NCBI RefSeq assembly: GCF_001194135.2
Contig: NC_069000.1
Location: 31,468,133-31,532,132 of the forward strand
Length of the DNA: 64,000 nucleotides
From: Octopus bimaculoides
Taxonomy: Eukaryota
Reading direction: 5' to 3'
Shown here one piece after another: positions 27,176-39,775 of the stretch. How positions within the stretch are numbered: the first letter of the stretch is position 1; every line of letters begins with the position of its first letter. The notes below the pieces were generated by a model. The model was not told where the DNA came from and did not search any database. It was given only the letters and a program-made list of their open reading frames with translations. A program made the position numbers and the translations under genes.

Positions 27176-27789
27176 ATGCACACACACACACACACACACA
27201 AACACAAACACACACGCACACACACGCACACACACATACACACACTCTCACGCACACTCACGCACACTCACGCACACGCACTCACATTTATATAGGCGCA
27301 GGTGTGTGGCCTTTGTACCTCAGAATTGCTGGCCTTGTGCTGAAATTTCCCAACCCGGGTCAAGTGTAGGATAAGCTTGGAGATTCTGTACGGAAAATGC
27401 TGTTATCGGTCTCCGTCTCCTAGTAAATTGCCAATCAGATTGATGAAACGCCAGCCCTTACTTTGATTGTGTATATGTGTGATGACGTTGTAGATAGTGA
27501 CCAGTGGTTTTCGGTAGTGATACTGTGACAATCGTGAAGTGTGTTGGTGTGCTGCTCATCACATGTCATGAACGCACCAAAACCAACCTACAGATTGCAC
27601 ATCACCAACTGAATACAACCGGTGGGCAGTTAGCATTGTATTGTGGATGTGTTTCGGTGTATAAATACAAGCTTGATATTATCTAACGCGTTCTTGCTCA
27701 CAACTGGTGAAGCAAACTTTATGATCAGAGACATTTCTCTCGTGATCACCCTGCATCATCTTGGTATGGTTGACTTACCGTCCAGGGGA

Positions 27790-27990
27790 AGTGGTAGTGG
27801 TTTGGAAAACGCGTTAGTGTATCGGTTTTATTCCGTTTCTTTATTCTCCAAGTTCAAATCACATCGTGGTCAGCTTCATTTCTCATCCTTCCAGGTTCGT
27901 TAAAATAAAGTACCAGTCAAGTACTCGGATAAACTTAATCGAATGTCCTCTCGGCCCACATTGGTAGCCTTGTGCTTAAATTAGAAATCC
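27790..27990 (+). mobile_element. degenerate SINE family 2
   Basis: ccaagttcaaatcac...catccttccagg...aaaataaagtaccag...gccttgtgc resembles 31310-31485. Confidence 0.5.
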
Positions 27991-28354
27991 TTATTACCTT
28001 TGGTATCTTATCTTATATAAATCACTAGGGCGTAATTTATTTTTAGCGGGTCAAGCAACTACGTAGTAACTTCTCCAATGTTGATATACCACAGCATATT
28101 ACATAGTAACAACAGAGCTTTACATTATGGTGTGTTTTTGGTTGTTATGTTCGTGTGCTAATTCACGCGGAATATCCCTTCTTTATCATTATGGTATCTA
28201 GCGGAAGGGGACATTTCTAAGTTAGCAATGTGTTGTTAAGAGGGTTTGTTGCTGTTGTTAATATGGTTATTTTGCCAAAGATCAATCTTAATTCATCATG
28301 ATAACAACATGATAATAGTTATTCAAGTATTCAAGACTTGAACATTTGCCTACA

Positions 28355-28551
28355 TACACGTTGTTCATAAATTACCTTCACAATTGTTTTAATTTCAGAG
28401 GAAAGAAAAATGAAAAGTACGGATAACTTATCAGTCTTTTAGCAAATGACCTTTTATAAGAAGCATCAGAATACTTCAACGCGGGGTCATTTAGTTTCAC
28501 GCAACACATCTAATTCATATATGTAAAGACAATTTATGAACACCTTGTGTA
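28355..28551. mobile_element. Tc1/mariner-type MITE (~195 bp)
   Basis: left TA-cacgttgttcataaattaccttcaca versus reverse complement of right end TA-cacaaggtgttcataaattgtctttaca; TA at both ends. Confidence 0.65.
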
Positions 28552-29135
28552 TATATATATATATATATATATNNNNNNNNNNNNNNNNNNNNNNNNNNNN
28601 NNNNNNNNNNNNNNNNNNNNNNNNNNNNNNNNNNNNNNNNNNNNNNNNNNNNNNNNNNNNNNNNNNNNNNNNNNNNNNNNNNNNNNNNNNNNNNNNNNNN
28701 NNNNNNNNNNNNNNNNNNNNNNNNNNNNNNNNNNNNNNNNNNNNNNNNNNNNNNNNNNNNNNNNNNNNNNNNNNNNNNNNNNNNNNNNNNNNNNNNNNNN
28801 NNNNNNNNNNNNNNNNNNNNNNNNNNNNNNNNNNNNNNNNNNNNNNNNNNNNNNNNNNNNNNNNNNNNNNNNNNNNNNNNNNNNNNNNNNNNNNNNNNNN
28901 NNNNNNNNNNNNNNNNNNNNNNNNNNNNNNNNNNNNNNNNNNNNNNNNNNNNNNNNNNNNNNNNNNNNNNNNNNNNNNNNNNNNNNNNNNNNNNNNNNNN
29001 NNNNNNNNNNNNNNNNNNNNNNNNNNNNNNNNNNNNNNNNNNNNNNNNNNNNNNNNNNNNNNNNNNNNNNNNNNNNNNNNNNNNNNNNNNNNNNNNNNNN
29101 NNNNNNNNNNNNNNNNNNNNNNNNNNTATATATAT

Positions 29136-29360
29136 ATATATACGTATGTGTTTGTGTGTCTGTGTTTGTCCCCACAACATCGCTTGACAACCGATGCTGG
29201 TGTGTTTAGGTCCCCGTAACTTAGCGGTTCGGCAAAAGAGACCCATAGAATAAGTACTAGGCTTCTAAAGAATAAGTCTTGGGGTCGATTTGCTTGACCA
29301 AAGGCGGTGCTCCAGCATGGCCACAGTCAAAAGACTGAAACAAGTAAAAGAGTAAAAGAT
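29136..29360 (+). mobile_element. SINE family 1, 3' half (head probably in the gap)
   Basis: catcgcttgacaaccgatg...cttagcggttcggcaaaagag...ggcggtgctccagcatggcc...gaaacaagtaaaagagtaaaag. Confidence 0.85.
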
Positions 29361-30559
29361 ATATATATATATATATATATATCAAATTATTATGTATCGA
29401 ACTATATTATCTGTGTATTTTTAAGTTCAAAATTGAAGTGTAGATTGAGTGAGATTTGGCTACTATTCTAGCATATCTACGCACCACGTATCAGAATCTA
29501 CTTGCTTTTATATGAGCGCATAATGTATTTGTTTTAGTGATTATGGTTATATGGTTATGTGTTGGTGTTGTTTCGTACTATTTGTACATCACTATAGTAG
29601 TACTTAATAACATATTATTAAGTTGTTTTCAATGTGTTAACGGTGTGTTATTACCATGTTCATAAGTTGTGGATTAAAATTTGTATGATAGAAAATATTT
29701 TTGATTATATGACTGAATAATTTAATGATACGTTTACAGTCTCTTAATAACGTGATTTGTAAAGAACGGTTTACTTAATTATTTGTTTCATGTTTCCAAT
29801 GGTAAGAATTGTCAGTGTTCTGTTGTTGGTATGTTGATCAAATGGTGAAGATAATTGCAGTGACATATGCTCTGGAATTACTATTTCATGTTTGATACAT
29901 TGAAGGCATTTAAGAAAGCTAACGCATCATGTATGCCTCGTAAATTCAGGCATATCAGTGTTAGGTATTGTACGAATTCATACTCAACCAGATTTCATTT
30001 TACTGTATTAACCTGAGTTAATCAGAGTGCAACAATGACAAGAATGATTCTGCATCGGCAACTGACAATCAGTTAATCAGTAAACAGTTCTTAATCCACC
30101 TGACATTTTGACTTTACACTGCACTCTGTCTCAGGTCAAGTTACATTCAAATCGAACTGTGTCTACACTGCATAAACATAAATAATAGAAAGAGTATGGG
30201 TACAAAACAAATATCTGGACCGCCCAGACTTGACAGAGTACGGGTAAACGAGAACTCCATCGCCACACATCACAATAATATGTTCGTGAAGTCACCGCTC
30301 GAAAATACAAGTGGTTGATAAAGCTTATAGGTGGCTAATTCATCAGTGTCTGGATAATGGACTTGCAGGAGTTACCGTGTAGTGTAAGCGGTATTCAGTT
30401 TGTAAATGTGGATGAGAATGTCTAAATACACAAGACAGTAATTTCTGTTGTAGAGAAGCCAAACAGAAGCCATTGAAGTGGGGTTGGCTCTATGAGCTTC
30501 AGTTGTGTGTGGAGAGTGAAAGGGGACATACACACACACGCACACACAGACACACACAC

Positions 30560-30631
<72 letters not shown>

Positions 30632-30780
30632 CAATAACTAGCCTAGCGATTCTGACAGATCGAGTGTGAAGCACGCTCTGCAAGCGATAGTATCATAGAA
30701 TTAGTTGAGTTCCAGTAAGTAGATTTGTAGTGTTACCAGCCATTTTAGAGAACGTGTAAATCGATTACATCCACAGTATT

Positions 30781-30921
30781 CAACTGGTACATATTTTAAT
30801 AAATCCAGAAGGATGAAAGGCAAATTCTGCAACGGAAGAATTTGAATACAGAACATTAAAGACGGATGAAATGCTGCTAAGCAATTTTTCCGGCTTGCTG
30901 CGATTCTGCCAGCTCGCTGCC
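30781..30921 (-). mobile_element. tRNA-derived SINE family 2
   Basis: reverse complement reads ggcagcgagctggcagaatcg...gttctgtattcaaattc...gcctttcatcc...gtaccagttg. Confidence 0.75.
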
Positions 30922-30934
30922 GCTAATGCTGGTG

Positions 30935-31136
30935 TAAAATTTTGGCGCAAGGCCAACAATTTCGGCGAAGGCTTTAATTCGATTGCATCGACTCCAGTGC
31001 TCAACTGTTACTTATTTCATCGATCGAGGAACAATAAAAGACAAATTGACCTCAGTGGAGTTTGAGCTCAGAACGTGGAGACGGACAAAATACATCTAAG
31101 CATTTTGCCGCTAACAATTCTGCCCGTTCACCCCCT
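30935..31136 (-). mobile_element. tRNA-derived SINE family 2
   Basis: second tandem minus copy including tail (gagcactggagtcgatgcaatcg...ggccttgcgcc). Confidence 0.75.
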
Positions 31137-31309
31137 TCATTAGCTTTAATATTTAAAGTAATTTTCATAGTCTAAGTTCTATGCATGATTATAGCTATAT
31201 TATATACATACATACCATTATTGTAGAGCGGTAGGCAACAACGCTACACATTTACGGTGCTAGATGTATACACTCATTTATTGAATATACATCAATATTA
31301 AAAGTTTGC

Positions 31310-31485
31310 GAAGGCGGCGAGCTGGTAGAATCGTCAGCACGCCGGGCAAAATGCTTCGCTGCATTTCATTCATCTACACATTCTGAGTTCAAATTCTGCC
31401 GAGGTCAACTTTATCTTTCATCCTTCTGGGATCGATAAAATAAGTACCATTTGATCACGGACTTGCTGGTCTTGTGCCAAAATTT
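31310..31485 (+). mobile_element. tRNA-derived SINE family 2
   Basis: gaaggcggcgagctggtagaatcg (A box) ... ctgagttcaaattctgcc (B box) ... gataaaataagtacc. Confidence 0.85.
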
Positions 31486-31489
31486 GTAA

Positions 31490-31868
31490 GTAGGCGTATG
31501 AGTGGGTGTGTGGTAAGTACCTTGCTTACCAGCCACATGGTTCCGGGTTCATTCCCACTGCGTGGCACCTTGGGCAAGTGACTTCTACTATAGCCTCGGG
31601 GCCGACCAAAGCCTTGTGAGTGGATTTGGTAGACAGAAACTGAAAGAAGCCTGTCGTATATATNNNNNNNNNNNNNNNNNNNNNNNNNNNNNNNNNNNNN
31701 NNNNNNNNNNNNNNNNNNNNNNNNNNNNNNNNNNNNNNNNNNNNNNNNNNNNNNNNNNNNNNNNNNNNNNNNNNNNNNNNNNNNNNNNNNNNNNNNNNNN
31801 NNNNNNNNNNNNNNNNNNNNNNNNNNNNNNNNNNNNNNNNNNNNNNNNNNNNNNNNNNNNNNNNNATA

Positions 31869-31902
<34 letters not shown>

Positions 31903-32145
31903 TGTGTGTGTGTTAGTGTGTGTGTGTGTGTGTTTGTGTGCCTGTGTTTGTCCCCCCAACATCGCTTGACAACCAATGCTGGTGTGTTTACGTCCCCGTA
32001 ACTTAGCGGTTTGGCAAAATAGTTCGATACAATAAGTACTAGGCTTACAAAGTATAAGACCTAGGGTCGATTTGCTCGACTAAAGGCGGTGCTCCAGCAT
32101 GGCCGCATTGAAATGACTGAAACAAATAAAAGAGAAAGAGAAAGA
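31490..32145 (+). mobile_element. SINE family 1, full length, with expanded internal microsatellite (gap)
   Basis: complete head 31490-31660, TA/gap/TG core, complete tail to gaaacaaataaaagag. Confidence 0.9.
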
Positions 32146-35100
32146 GTTCGCATACTTGTAGGTTATACAATTCTCTCGCTCTCTCTTTTCGTCTCCTATT
32201 CCTTTCTCCCTCTCTCCCTTCCTCTGCCCGTCTCTCTTCCATTACTTTCTCCCTTCCCTTTTCTCCCTCGTCCGTCCCCGTCTCTGTCTGTCTGCCTGTA
32301 TCTCTTTCTGTATTCGTTTAAAACTCAACTTTGCTATTACGGGATTAAATTACATTCGAATAGCTAAGACTTACATCACCTCTAGATATACGTGTATAAT
32401 CACTTCGCATCTGTATATAATATATCATTTATAACATTATAAATCTTTATTATATAATCGTTATTATCAGTTCTAACAACAAAGCAAATACATCATACAG
32501 CATTTTAATTAGAGTCTGAAAAACAATATCAACATCAGCAACAAGTACAGCAGTAGCCATAGCACCAGCAAACAATAATATAATCATTAGGTAATATATG
32601 AAATCAGTCCGCTGTATTTCCCGGAGCTTAACCGCTTTCTTCACTTCTTCCTTTAGAATTGTAGTAGAAATTCAGACTTCAGAGCAGTTTAATACTAAAT
32701 AATTAGCTCGTTAATTAATTAATTAATTAATTAACTAATTAATTAGTTAAATAAATAAATTAATTAATAATAATAATAATAATAACAACAACAACGCTGG
32801 AATAAGGGTAATGAAGGGGAGGATTTATTGACCACACGGGCAAAAAGTATTCAGAACAATACCATGCTTTTAAAAGCACTAATTATTCCAAAAGAAAATC
32901 AACAAGAATCTTTCTGAACAGGGTCAGGTGTTCTTGCAGCGATGGTGTCAGCGGCAGTAAAGTCCATTGCCTCTTTCCTGTTTCGGTGATCCATTGTTCC
33001 ACACTTAGCATATCAGTTGTCCGAGCATTGATAAAGAGGTGCTGCTCCCCACTCACCCCATACATTTAGACGAATGTGACCCGTTTGAATGGACCTTTTA
33101 GAAGCAGGTCACTGTAGAATAGGGAAAACGGATGGTAGGTGGACACTTCCCAGCTTTACCTCAGAATTTTCCGGTGATCCAGGATCTGTGGTGCTCCTTG
33201 GTTAATATAGATAGATGTTTCCCTGATGAGGTTTTTTACGCTGTTATTACCTTAGCTATCATTGCTGCTCCTGTTCTTACTTATATTAGTGTTTATTAGC
33301 ATTTCCCACTATAAAGAAACAATAAATAAAATAAAAGTATATCAAGAAACATTCGCTTATCTCCTCCATACACGGGTTAGAAATCACTACTTATTTCGGA
33401 TTAAAGTATGTCACTTTTCCGCTTGTTCATGCTGGAACTTGGTGCAAACATTTTTGTTTTGCTTATTTTGTTTTGTTATTTACAGAATGGAACAATTTGC
33501 CACCCGCCCACGTCTTTCGAATATTCACATTTCAACTGACCATCATACTTAGATATTTTTCACTAAAAGTCTCTCGAGATTATATTTATTTTTTATCTCA
33601 CATCTGTATTATTAGTTTCACGAGAAAGTAGTTCGTTTCTCGAATGATTGATTCTCAAGTAATCGTTGATGCTGTTGTCCTTTGCTTCAGAGGCTTCTGT
33701 CCGGCCTCTTCTTTCTTTCCTTCTTTATATCCGGTGATTTTTCTTTCCACTCAAGTTCCAGCCCATTTCTATTGTCGCAAGATGATGGATTGTTGTGATC
33801 AGTGCAGTGAGTAGAGGTTTGTTTTTATTTGGTGTTCATGACCAACGGAAATACGAAATCCCCTTCCTGGGGTACGGCCGGTGATACTACAGCAGCTTAT
33901 ACTCCGGAAATTGTTGTTAGTCTTGTCTCCCGCTTTCTTCTTCCTTTTCCTCCTCTCTGTCAATGTTGGGTATTACGGAAGGAGCGTTACCTCGGCTTCC
34001 TAATTATATTGTGGAACTCAATACGAGTCAATTTTTCCCGACATCTCCTGAGCAACATCTGGTATTGCTACAGGACTAGGAATTTCCGTATTGTATCGTA
34101 GGGTCTTGTGAGGAGAAGGTCCTTCAATAACCTTTACTGCTACATGTGGCGATACTGTGTCGAAAGATTTAGATTGATTCAAATTGATCAGCACTCAGTT
34201 AAAGCCAAATCTATATCCTACATATTCTACGGTCTATCGCACAAGGCGGAGGAAATGGCGGATAGGTCTACTGAGAAGAACGTTTATGTTTGAGCCTCTT
34301 CTATCACATTACCGACGACAAGCACCATTCTGTTGGTGAACAAATTTACCAAAAGGTACACGGTCAGTAATTTGAGGGAAGGGAAACAATCGTTGATATA
34401 ATTTCCAGTAAATAACTGGTTCGTAAAATGCAATGCTGAGAATATCACGAGCCAGCAGATCGTTCAACTTTGAAATGCCACCAACATTAATACAATGGTC
34501 AAAGTCAATCGTTTATACCATTATTCAGCCCATAACTGAATATTTAAAGAGGAACAACGTCCTCAAAATAGAAATAAATCCTCGAAACTATACTTCTAAC
34601 AGAAAATAAATAAATAAATTGAAGTAATGCAGAAAAAAATTGGCAGTACTTGAAAGATATACTCATTTTATATCAAGTAATATGAAATATATGCAAAAGC
34701 AATGAATTCAACAGTGGGATAAACTCAAACCGAAAGGAAATATATTTAGTAAATCATCACAATTCAGAAAACGATCAATTATATTCAATTCTAAAACAAA
34801 CGGTAATAAATTCAATATCCGACGGACGAGGATATATAAAGAATGTCGTACTATGTGCTTAATGCGACCATGCTGAGAAACTAATGTAGCACGAGATTTT
34901 GATGAAATGCCCACCGCATACTGTTATCGTCTAATGATTTATATCAAAATTGCAAGAGAGCATTTTACAGAAGAACAACACATCAAAATAATACGCACAC
35001 ATTATATCCAGCATACACATAATAACAAGTGAAAAGGATTACGAATTATAGAAAGTAAAAAAAGAATGAAAAGCAAAAAGGAAAAGAAATCTAAACATAC

Positions 35101-36669
35101 AGTGAATATACAGAAATTGATAGCCAAACCATTATGTTCACATACACACAGACACACACACACACACACACACATACATATACATCCATCCATACATATA
35201 TGTGTGTATGTGTGTGTTCGTGTGTGTAGTGTGTGTATGTACTAACTATGTATCACATAGAAATTCTGACTAAAATTGTAGATCTGAACATTTTACTGAT
35301 AATGGAATAGTTTTGAATGCATATGATTCAATATGTGTGTAGCTTATAAAATGCTAATACACACATATAAATATATGTATAAGCAACAAAGAATACATAC
35401 AGCAACTTTATGCATTGTTAATTTCTATATGGCTGATGTGTATTATTGCCACAGGATGCATATGCATGCATAATAAACATAATTGCATCAACCGATCGCT
35501 GCTAATTTGAAACGGTTGTAAAGATCTATTTCAGACTATGTTAATTCTTCGTCAAATATATCTATGTTTAAGTTTATATACCATCTTTTATAATTCATAT
35601 GTCATATATACATACTTGTCAAATATTACACTTACGAGCTATACACATTTTATGATCAACTGCAGGTTCAGCAGAATACTTTTTACCATGTGTATAACGT
35701 GTGAGTCTAAGAATGTGGATCAGTACGATCCTTATTAAATACACGTACACACGCGTGCGCACAAATATGCACGCAGACATATATACATTCACACGCATAC
35801 ACAAAGACATAGAAACACACACACGTCATACAGACGTCACTAACACTGCGAATAACCCACCTTTATTATATATATGGATGTGTGTGCGCGTGTGTGCGTA
35901 TGCATGCATTCGTATATGCATGTGTATATATTTATGAATGTATGTATTACGTATCAGCCATTGAACAGCTTATTTGGCCGCAGTCTAATTCGTTTACTGC
36001 TGCAATAGTATACTTTTACATCTCTCTCGTATTGAGGTAAGCATACCAAAATGGCTACCCATCCACAGATGCAAAATATTTTCAACGTCATAACATTAAC
36101 GATGCAGGAAATAACATTTGTGAACTTCTTTGGTTTTAAATACTTCTGTATATCTGTCTAACTGTTAATCCACATTTGGTGTATGCATGTGTGTATGTAT
36201 TATGTGTTCACGTATGTATGCATGCATGTTCTAGGCATAACATTAAATTGTTTCCGGTGGCGAATCTCCATTTTGGGAATTCTGGACTTGTGGGAAGCAA
36301 GGAGTCACTTCCTAATTATCATTAGTTACAGATCTTTTCTGATTCATAAAGGCCGAATGTGAGACGGCTCTCATCTGACAAGATATGGCAATCCATATGT
36401 TCTCTTCTCTTTTTAATTATTTTGATTCTTCTGAGAAAGGAGCTGATTTCTAACAAAAATACAAAGCTCCATCTTTTGGACATACATTACTGAAAAAAGG
36501 TCATATTTTAAACTTGAAAAACGTATTGCCTGTTTTTAGTACTCCACTTACAAATATTATTTGTAATATGTAATTTCGTTGATTACGTTTTCTGAAAATT
36601 ATGGAGTGAATTTTAGGGCTTATAAATCTAATATTCTCCTATCCTTCTTTAATACCGGTTCCTATATGC

Positions 36670-36880
36670 TGTTCATTCAGCTCACTATAGGTCTTAATGA
36701 ATACCATCCTTGTGAATCTTAGGAAGACCGTGCATGTGTGGTAGTTTACTGTAGTGTTGAGTCAGTTGTCTATACTTCATTGGTGTAAAAGTGATCCTTG
36801 TTCTTGATCAAGATCTGTGACAAATTCCTCTCTGTTTTCAAAGTGGGGTCTTTCTTTACTTTGCTGTAGCTACCATCAAA
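36670..36880 (-). mobile_element. Penelope-like element reverse transcriptase fragment
   Basis: DGSYSKVKKDPTLKTERNL...YSKLPHMHGLPKIHKDG(I)..RPIVS matches the PLE RT signatures Y.KL..DPT and GLPKIHK.G.PLRPIVS. Confidence 0.8.
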
Positions 36881-36989
36881 ATAAGGGTAGAAGAACAAGG
36901 AAAAGCTGTGACACGGGGGAGATATTGATAAATCGGATACGGCTGATAATATATAGAAAAATGGAGACCACCTCCCCCTGTGGGAAGAA

Positions 36990-37095
36990 GTTAAAATATA
37001 TTGTTTTAGCGACAACTTCGTGTAGGAGAGGAAGCTTGTACCTTGATGCGATTTTTGGGCAGTTGCTAATCACACGTGAGATGTCTTCCACCGAA
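36990..37095 (-). mobile_element. RLE LINE zinc-knuckle fragment (different subfamily)
   Basis: EDISRVISNCPKIASRYKLPLLHEVVAKTIY resembles the H.IS.CP....Y..RHD.VAK motif. Confidence 0.5.
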
Positions 37096-37173
37096 ATATG
37101 ACATAATCTACATTGTCTCTATGTATGTATGTATGTATGTATGTATGTATGTATGTATGTGTTTGTGTGTGCG

Positions 37174-37213
<40 letters not shown>

Positions 37214-38765
37214 TGTGTGTGTTATTATTCAGTTTATTTCAAGACTTCTTGCCAATAGTGAAGGAACCGGTTTCCAGCCTAGATCCAAGGCTCCTTCATT
37301 GGAATTTCAACATCAACAGGGTATTATGTACGTACGTACGTATGTATGTATGTACATAATACCCTGTATGTATGTATGTATGTATGTATGTATGTATGTA
37401 TGTGTGTATGTATGTACGTATGTGCAAATGTGTATGTTTTATGTATGTCGTCTCATGCATATAGTTGTCGTCTATGTCTATACATCTCTGTATTATTTCT
37501 GTCACTAGTTGTATGTACATACATATACATATATACATATATTCATGATTGTGTGTGTATATATAGATCTATCTATCTATCTATCGATCGATCGATCGAT
37601 TGATCTACGTTTCTTTGTACGTGCGGGGATGTTATTGTGCAATCTGTTTAACTCCCGAACTACTTACTCATACATCTATTGTTCATAGAACTACCTACCT
37701 ACTTTCCCGACCAACTTACCTCTCTACTTATCTTCATTTCTTCATAGCTTCATTGCAATTCTTTTTTTTTAACTAGATATCCATGTGCAGGGAGATAATT
37801 ATCTCAGACGAAGGTGTGAGTTGTTCTCCATACTACTACTATACACAAAATGCATTAAACCTGTGTATGTAACACCGCTTTCTCACACAACTGAGTGAAA
37901 AGACACATAAAATCAAGAAGCTAAAATGAGATTATTACAAAGAATTTGTATGAGTTCAAGGTAGACAGGGGATAGATTTCCTTTTAAACGTAAGAGACAC
38001 GTTTGTTATACTTTGAGGCATTTTATTATAGATTCTTTTATTGGCACCCCAGTGTATCGTTTTGAAACCATACTTACTTTTCTCACTTCCTGCTTTAAGT
38101 GATGATGATATAAAAGATCTGTAGATAATTGATTTCTGAGTCGAACAACTCATATTTCAATCCACGAAGGAAGACTCAAACAAAGCACCATGCGATGTAA
38201 AAACATAAAGCACAAGTTAATATTGATTTCTCGAAAATATTACTGGACAATCTGTCCAACAGCCCACAAGAGATTTCGCCCAGAAAGCTATAACAGATAC
38301 TAGACAGACCAACATGCAAAGATACACATATTCATTGACCAAATAGCCTTGATTTTAGAATGGATCAATACGTTATTAAAGGAAACTTATGAAGAAGGAC
38401 TCGTGCATACGTAAAACCAGAAGCTTGGAAGCCAAAGAGGATGCATCAGATAATCGATGCAAATAAACAAATAACAATGAAACATGGAAATTGCAAGCTC
38501 TGTGAATTAAACACATTAGTAACATATTCTTCTCGGTTACACATATTTTAAGGACGAAAAGCCATTACATCGCATAATACAGAATTAGAAGCGAAACTAG
38601 GTAGCCAAATATGAATTGGTAAAACTACAATTTTATTTATTTTTAGTACATTCTGGCAAATACAACAGTGAATATGCTAACAGCCATTGTATTTCGTCAC
38701 AGAAGAACAGTTTCTCCTTTACGATGAACGTGCGTTCATAGCACACTCGATGCATTAGTACAAGT

Positions 38766-38817
38766 GCTTCTGAGACAACCGTTGTTTCGACATAATTATG
38801 TCTCCTCAGTTAGAGAC
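38766..38817 (-). ncRNA. type I hammerhead ribozyme candidate
   Basis: minus: gtctctaa-CTGAGGA-GACAT-AATT-ATGTC-GAAA-CAAC-G-GTTG-TC-tcagaagc; full core, helices II and III, GUC triplet; helix I has an A-C mismatch at pair 2. Confidence 0.7.
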
Positions 38818-39334
38818 TTTCTAACGCGCACTTCGAATCTCTCAATAAATGAGAGAGTTGATTACAATTTAAGCGAAATTGTTTGCTGATTAGTGCTGAT
38901 ATTAGCAATTCTATAAAAAAATTCAAAGAAATGGAGGGGAATTCATTTTCAAAGCTTAAAAACAAGTAATGTAGACTACGAATATCAAAATACTGGTTCA
39001 TGAAATATATTATGCATGTACATAAAGATTACTAAGATGAGAAATTTAAAATCCACTGCTGAGGGTTTTAACGTTTATAAAATTATTCCAGTGATCTAAT
39101 GCTACCTAGTAATAAACGCAAGGACTTTGCATCCTTACCGTGCCTTCATATATTAGAGAAGTTAAGAATATTATCGAATTCTAAAGAAACAAGAGTAGCA
39201 AGCAAGTATAAATTGGGGTTCTAAAATAGATCCACTACAAATTAAGATTTGAGTTGCAATGTATGTATGTATATATATATCTGTGTGTGTGTGTGTGTAC
39301 ATATATACACACAGCGTAGTTGTGTGTATAGGTA

Positions 39335-39775
39335 CAAGCGTGACTGTGTGGTAATATACTCGTTTCCCAACCACATGGTTCCGAGTTCAGTCCCACCAGC
39401 AACTGTCTTCCACTATAGTAACGAGTAAACCAAGGCTTTGTGAATGAATTTGGAAGACAAAATTTAAAGACGTCCGTTGTATATATATATGTGTGTGTGT
39501 GTGTGAGTGTGTGTGTGTGAGTGTGTGTGCATGTATGTATCCAGGTGTGTGTGTTATTGTGTCCGCTTTTATACCCCTATCATCGCTTGGCAACCGGTAT
39601 TGGTGTGTTTACATTCCAGTGACTTCACCATTCAGCGACAGGGAAACTATAGAATAAATACTAGGCTTAAAACAAATAAGCCCTGGGGTCCATTTATTCT
39701 ATCACAGCCCTTCAAGCCGGTGCTCCAGCATGGCTGCAGTCAAATGATTGAAACAAGTGAATGAATAAATAAAAA
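39335..39775 (+). mobile_element. SINE family 1, degenerate full length
   Basis: head ...cccaaccacatggttccgagttcagtccc, TG core, tail ...tgctccagcatggctgcagtcaaatgattgaaacaag. Confidence 0.8.

Noticed and set aside
31310-31400. tRNA-like sequences here and at 51557 and 58400-58472
   Set aside because: These are SINE heads with A/B boxes continuing into SINE bodies; no complete cloverleaf
32930-33090. Possible decayed multi-knuckle LINE ORF1 on minus (GEWG..; AKCGTMDH)
   Set aside because: Needs several frameshifts and substitutions; too weak to call
36015-36045. Second AG|GTAAG-like site (ctctcgtattgag|gtaagc)
   Set aside because: GAG acceptor and interrupted pyrimidine tract; much weaker than 3731. 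Also rejected 15447 (cag|gtaatc) and minus 45408 for lack of a tract
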